Made by a program: the position numbers and the translations under genes | DNA from: a virus | Taxonomy: Duplodnaviria > Caudoviricetes | Length of the DNA stretch: 31,700 bases | Virus record (IMG/VR): IMGVR_UViG_3300035392_000037 | Span: 1-31,700 of that record | Reading direction: 5' to 3' (one strand) | In this document: positions 27,149 to 31,700 of the stretch, piece by piece | Layout of the letters: every line of letters begins with the position of its first letter | Position numbering within the stretch: position 1 is the first letter of the stretch | The notes under the pieces: model-generated | Seen by the model: only the letters and a program-made list of their open reading frames with translations | What the model was told of the DNA's origin: nothing | Database searches by the model: none

Positions 27149-27238
27149 AATTTTTTGATATTCTTTTTCCTTTGTTTAACAAATTAGAAGTAATATTATA
27201 CAACGAAGTGACAAAAAGTTTCAATTTATTTTTAAAAA
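27149..27238 (-). repeat. 90-bp exact inverted repeat, copy B
   Basis: Reverse complement of 6278-6367. Ends 11 nt before ATG 27250. Confidence 0.97.
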
Positions 27239-27249
27239 ATATTTAAAAT

Positions 27250-27498
27250 ATGAGAAGTAAATTCATAGAAGACTTTAAGTCTATAACTATAACAACTGAC
27301 GGAATAACATTAAGCTATGATGTAGTTCACAATACAAGAAAGAACATAGAAATATTAGATGTTACACTAATTGACGGTGTTACGAAAGAACGCTTTATAG
27401 CGAATGTAACTCCGAGTTTAACAGACAGCACTAACAAATTCACTGTTCAGTTTGATAAAGCGTACCCTGCTGGTTCATTCATAGCAATAATAAAGTAA
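27250..27498 (+). CDS. Small beta-rich hypothetical protein (possibly fibre-associated)
   Basis: 82-aa ORF with V.HN...V...D and V.F patterns, upstream of the long fibre gene. Confidence 0.55.
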   Translation: MRSKFIEDFKSITITTDGITLSYDVVHNTRKNIEILDVTLIDGVTKERFIANVTPSLTDSTNKFTVQFDKAYPAGSFIAIIK

Positions 27499-27518
27499 TA
27501 AAGAAAATAACACATAAA

Positions 27519-30182
27519 ATGGCTGATATTAAAATATTTAACAGTTTAGATGTTAATAGTTTAGAGATAAAGAACGCAAAAGTACACATATTTGACACCA
27601 CTGCAGAAGTTCATACATCTGAAGGGATGTTGTCATACAGCTTAGAAAGCAATAAACTTTATTATGGTAATGGCGTAATTGCTGTTGAATTAACCATAGG
27701 AGGTTTATGGGGTATAAACGGAGATGACATCGAACATCTTAATGATGGAAGCGTTATTATAAAAAGTCTGGTGTTTAGAACTGACCAAGCGAAACCTGCT
27801 CACAGAGAAGGACAGATGTTCTATGACAACACCATCCACGCATTTAGCTGTTATAACGAAGCGAGTGAAGTAACAGAAAACATCAACAGAGAGTTATTAA
27901 TTAGAGTTTATAACAACTCAGGAAATATGATAACTAATGGTACGGTTTTAGCACCATTAAGCGTGTTTAATGGCTTTCCTACTGTTCAGCTCGCCAACGC
28001 AAGAGCAAAAGACAAATGTAGGTTGGTAGCTGTAGCTACAATGGATATACCTAACAACAGCTATGGATATGTAACTAAGTTCGGTAATGTATCAGATATA
28101 GACACTTCAATGTTTACATCAAATGAGTTGTTATATCTATCTGACACTAACAGTGGTATGATAACTAACATTCGACCTACTGATGGATCATATCCAGTGA
28201 TAATTGGTGTAGTGAGCAATGTAGGTGTTAATGGCAGTATAATTGTAGATATTATCGTTGGCGACAACACTGTTGAAGTTAATGATACTAATGGTTTCCC
28301 TTTAGTTCAAAAGACGAATACAAACATCAGTGTGGTTGATGCTACAAGAACATTTACAATAAGTGCAACGCAATACCCATTTCATTACTATATAAATGGT
28401 GAGAAATATGAACAAAGCACAGCACAGAGTGTAATATTCAGTGACGTTGAAGGACAACATTTTGTTTATTTTGATACTGAAGGGTTAAAGGTTATAGCTA
28501 ACCCAACTCCAGCACAAATAGAGGAGATGGTACTTAACTATACTTTTGTTGCTATTATACCTTGGAACGCAACAGATAAGAAAGTAGAAATAGACATTCT
28601 TGATGAACGTCACGGAATTGGTATGAACCCAGCAACACATTTATACTTACATTTAACACAAGGAGCAAAATTTATATCAGGTTTCGGTTTATCTAACTTC
28701 GTCATTGGTGATGGTAGTTTAGACAGTCACGCTCAGTTTTCAGTTGCAGATGGTATATACTTTGATGAAGATATTGAACATTCAAGTTCACTCATAAATG
28801 CTACAACATCTGTACCAGTAGTTTATAACTTAGGTGTTAATAAATTCATTAGAAGTGCAATACAACCTAATAACAAAGTGCTTGCAGCTTCGGGTGGTAG
28901 ACTTTACTACAACTCGTTCATAGGTAGTGTATGGGGTTTAACTGAATGTAGTGATAACAGGTATGTACTCGCTCACGAATTTGGTTTTAACGGTAATACA
29001 GTTAAGGTTGTAACTATTATGGGACAAAATGAATATGCTACACTAACCTTAGCAAGAGAAGGTGCTAATGTTGAAATAAACAACATAGTAAGCTCATTAC
29101 CATTTGTTGAGATGATACCTTTATCTACAACAATATATCAGACAAGAAGCTCATATACAAACTCTTTAAATGCTAGAATTGTCCAAGTTTCAACGGGTGT
29201 GAATTATGTTGACTGGAGAACTAGTAAAACAGTAGCAGGTGGAGGTGGAGTTACAAGCCATAGTAACCTTACTGATGTTTTACAAGCTGGTACAGGTATC
29301 TTACAAGGACACATCAGCGATCAGGCACAAACTATTGCTGGAGAGAAAACGTTTACGAACAACGTTAAAGTGGTTTACCCACAAGTGGATGCAGATGCAA
29401 CTAACAAGGCTTATGTTGATAGTAATTGGAGTCAATATTTTGGTACATATACAAGACTGAGTACTACACAAATAAACATTTTAAATGTTGATGTTACTAA
29501 GTGGAAAGGTAAAGCAGTGAGGTTTAATGATAGTGTTTATTGCTTAATTACAGCAGCTACATTTAGCACTAACACAACATTAACAATTGAAGGTAAGTCT
29601 ATTCCTACTACTATAACTAAGTTGGAAGTGAGCAAGATAAACCCTACTACAATGAATAGTTTATATTGGTATGGTACATTAAATAATATAACTGAAGACC
29701 TATTAGCTTATCCTTATAATGAAAGTTATATGGTATACTCTGGTTCTAAAGCACACGTATTAAGAACAAGAGTTTATTGTAATGACTTAGGTACAAACTC
29801 AAGTGGTGGTACTTGGAATGTTAAAGTTGGTACAAGTGATTTAATTAGTTCTAACATTGCTTTACAGAGTACAATATTAACAAGCGGAACATTAGTAATA
29901 GGTGAAAAGTATAAGATAATAACTAATACAGGAATGACTGTAACTAATGTTGGTGCAGCAGATAATAATGTAGGTACAATATTTACTGCAACAGGAACAA
30001 CTCCAACAGCTTGGGGAACAGGTAGTCTTGCTTTATACACCAAAGTATATTCGACATCAGGTATCCTTATTCAAAATGATACTATATCAGATAACACCTT
30101 TTTTAAATGGTGTGTTAGAATAGCTACAGGTTCAGATAATGTAAGAAGTGGTTATGTAGAAATAACAATAATAGAAGAATAA
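27519..30182 (+). CDS. Long mosaic tail fibre protein
   Basis: Thr/Ser/Gly/Asn-rich. Fibre motifs HSNLT, QTIAGEKTF and DATNKAYVD, plus a VAT.DI....GYV..FG.V...DT module. Confidence 0.75.
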   Translation: MADIKIFNSLDVNSLEIKNAKVHIFDTTAEVHTSEGMLSYSLESNKLYYGNGVIAVELTIGGLWGINGDDIEHLNDGSVIIKSLVFRTDQAKPAHREGQMFYDNTIHAFSCYNEASEVTENINRELLIRVYNNSGNMITNGTVLAPLSVFNGFPTVQLANARAKDKCRLVAVATMDIPNNSYGYVTKFGNVSDIDTSMFTSNELLYLSDTNSGMITNIRPTDGSYPVIIGVVSNVGVNGSIIVDIIVGDNTVEVNDTNGFPLVQKTNTNISVVDATRTFTISATQYPFHYYINGEKYEQSTAQSVIFSDVEGQHFVYFDTEGLKVIANPTPAQIEEMVLNYTFVAIIPWNATDKKVEIDILDERHGIGMNPATHLYLHLTQGAKFISGFGLSNFVIGDGSLDSHAQFSVADGIYFDEDIEHSSSLINATTSVPVVYNLGVNKFIRSAIQPNNKVLAASGGRLYYNSFIGSVWGLTECSDNRYVLAHEFGFNGNTVKVVTIMGQNEYATLTLAREGANVEINNIVSSLPFVEMIPLSTTIYQTRSSYTNSLNARIVQVSTGVNYVDWRTSKTVAGGGGVTSHSNLTDVLQAGTGILQGHISDQAQTIAGEKTFTNNVKVVYPQVDADATNKAYVDSNWSQYFGTYTRLSTTQINILNVDVTKWKGKAVRFNDSVYCLITAATFSTNTTLTIEGKSIPTTITKLEVSKINPTTMNSLYWYGTLNNITEDLLAYPYNESYMVYSGSKAHVLRTRVYCNDLGTNSSGGTWNVKVGTSDLISSNIALQSTILTSGTLVIGEKYKIITNTGMTVTNVGAADNNVGTIFTATGTTPTAWGTGSLALYTKVYSTSGILIQNDTISDNTFFKWCVRIATGSDNVRSGYVEITIIEE

Positions 30183-30186
30183 TACT

Positions 30187-31700
30187 ATGGACAATAATAA
30201 TATGGTTAAACCTTACCCTCTTATATCTAATAACGGTTTAAGAGGTGCTTGGTATTTCGAGGGAAATGCAAACGATGCTTCTGGGTATAGTAATAATGCC
30301 GTTGGTACTAATGTTAGTTATACAACAAGTAAAGATGGTAAACAAGCTGTTAATATAATTAACACTAACACTACAAGAAGATACGTAAGCATACCTTATA
30401 ACTCTACTTTAGACCCAGCTAATGGAACATTAAACGGTTTACCTTTTAGTATAGTAGCAACATTAACTAACAGAAGTACGAGTAAGAGATGTGTTATAAT
30501 GAGTAAAGAAAATGCCACTACCAATACATTTTTGTTTAGTATGTTAAATAGTAAGCTTCAGTTAATATTGTTAACAAATATTAGCAATTATATTTATGTT
30601 GAAACAGCAGCGGTGTTTAAAACTTATGTACCATATATTGTTGGTTGTACCTATGATGGTTCTGGTACAAATGGTATGAAGTTATATATTGATGGTAAAG
30701 AAATATCAACAACATTTACTCAAGTTGGTGCATATACGGGTATGAATGTAAATACTAATGCTATTAGAATAGGTGCAAGAGAGTTTTATCCTACTGCTAA
30801 TGCTGAATATAGTAATTGCGTCTTAGATGGCATATTATACTATAATAGAGCTTTGACAACAAGAGAGATAGAAGAAATAGGTACAATAGATAGGATTAAA
30901 TGGAAATTATATGGTTTAGAGAATTTATATAAGTTTAATGGAGTAGATACACCTACCTATTCTGGTTCTAATAATGTATCTCGTTTAAATGGTGCTACAT
31001 TCAGTTCAGGAAGATATGGAGATACTAATGGTGCTTTATATTTTGATGGAGTAAATGATTATGCTACTATTACACCAACGGATAACTACCAATTCAGTTT
31101 ACTTAACTCTAATAATGAAGTAAGACCGTTTACAGTAGTATTTGATGTGTATATGTATTCCTCAAGTACAGGTACATTTAAGGAGATAATTAGGTTTAAA
31201 GGAGTGGGAGACCAAAGATGGAATATTAATAAGACAGAATTTAATAGGTTTGTTATACAGATAGTTGATAGTACAGACGTTAGTTATATATTTGCTAATA
31301 ACCCTGAAACAGATATATATAATAAGTGGGTTAATATTATATGTACCTTTGATGGAGTAGATAAAGTAGCTGCTTGGGTAAATGGTGTTAAAGGTGAAGA
31401 TACAGTTGTTAGTGGTATATTAAGTTTAGTTCCTACAACAAGTAATGTACTTACAATTGGTGCTGACCTTGGACAGATGAAGATAGATAATTTCTATTTC
31501 TATAATAGGGAACTAACAGACCTTGAATGTAGAGTATTAGGTAAAAGAGTATTTGATGAGCAGTTGGTTTTACAGACTAATAATAATGGTGCGTTTACAG
31601 TATCGGTAGTTAATAGTAGAGATACATTGGTATATGAAGAAGGTGATGTGAAAGTTTATGCTAATAATTATAGTAAGACATTTACAGGACAAGGTAATAC
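30187..31700 (+). CDS. LamG/concanavalin A-like domain protein with two LamG domains, truncated at the window end
   Basis: Open from ATG 30187 to the end and missing from the ORF track. WYFEGNANDASG, TYDG...KLYIDG, IGAR, YNRALT..EI, then ALYFDGVNDY, TFDG...WVNG, YNRELT. Confidence 0.88.
   Translation, partial: MDNNNMVKPYPLISNNGLRGAWYFEGNANDASGYSNNAVGTNVSYTTSKDGKQAVNIINTNTTRRYVSIPYNSTLDPANGTLNGLPFSIVATLTNRSTSKRCVIMSKENATTNTFLFSMLNSKLQLILLTNISNYIYVETAAVFKTYVPYIVGCTYDGSGTNGMKLYIDGKEISTTFTQVGAYTGMNVNTNAIRIGAREFYPTANAEYSNCVLDGILYYNRALTTREIEEIGTIDRIKWKLYGLENLYKFNGVDTPTYSGSNNVSRLNGATFSSGRYGDTNGALYFDGVNDYATITPTDNYQFSLLNSNNEVRPFTVVFDVYMYSSSTGTFKEIIRFKGVGDQRWNINKTEFNRFVIQIVDSTDVSYIFANNPETDIYNKWVNIICTFDGVDKVAAWVNGVKGEDTVVSGILSLVPTTSNVLTIGADLGQMKIDNFYFYNRELTDLECRVLGKRVFDEQLVLQTNNNGAFTVSVVNSRDTLVYEEGDVKVYANNYSKTFTGQGN

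Noticed and set aside
2840-30043. Numerous short antisense or overlapping ORFs (e.g. 2840, 4477, 7238, 10834, 17896, 19028, 29774)
   Set aside because: They are shadows of well-supported genes, with no motifs or independent signals.
26129-31700. Diversity-generating retroelement or shufflon acting on fibre genes
   Set aside because: No reverse transcriptase or invertase, no adenine-variable template/variable repeat pair and no inverted fibre-tip cassettes were seen in the window.
1-31700. Stop-codon reassignment
   Set aside because: Genes are full length and tightly packed under the standard code, TAA, TAG and TGA all appear as stops, and no suppressor tRNA was seen.

Overview
AT-rich fragment of a tailed (contractile-tail) phage or prophage. 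The structural genes resemble the Mu-like morphogenesis module of Bacteroidota phages: DUF935-type portal, gp36-like adaptor, DUF2586-type sheath, TP901-type tape measure and J/I-like baseplate. Most genes lack Shine-Dalgarno sites. The left end holds two GIY-YIG ORFs, an HNH-like ORF, a PD-(D/E)xK-like ORF, an initiator-like tRNA-Met(CAT) and a 108-aa T4 gp55-like late sigma factor. A motif TTTGTATATA sits just upstream of many genes and forms an 18-bp palindrome where the two late operons diverge (8368-8385), so it is a candidate cognate late promoter. An exact 90-bp inverted repeat (6278-6367 / 27149-27238) brackets about 20.8 kb of core virion genes and separates them from two tail-tip cassettes: two paralogous spike-like genes on the left (one with two large inserts) and fibre/LamG genes on the right. 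Also seen are a -1 frameshift in the tail chaperone, a 78-bp nested cruciform after terL, an orphan adenine methyltransferase and two conserved-loop hairpins upstream of the tRNA. Family assignments come from motif recognition and synteny, not database searches.
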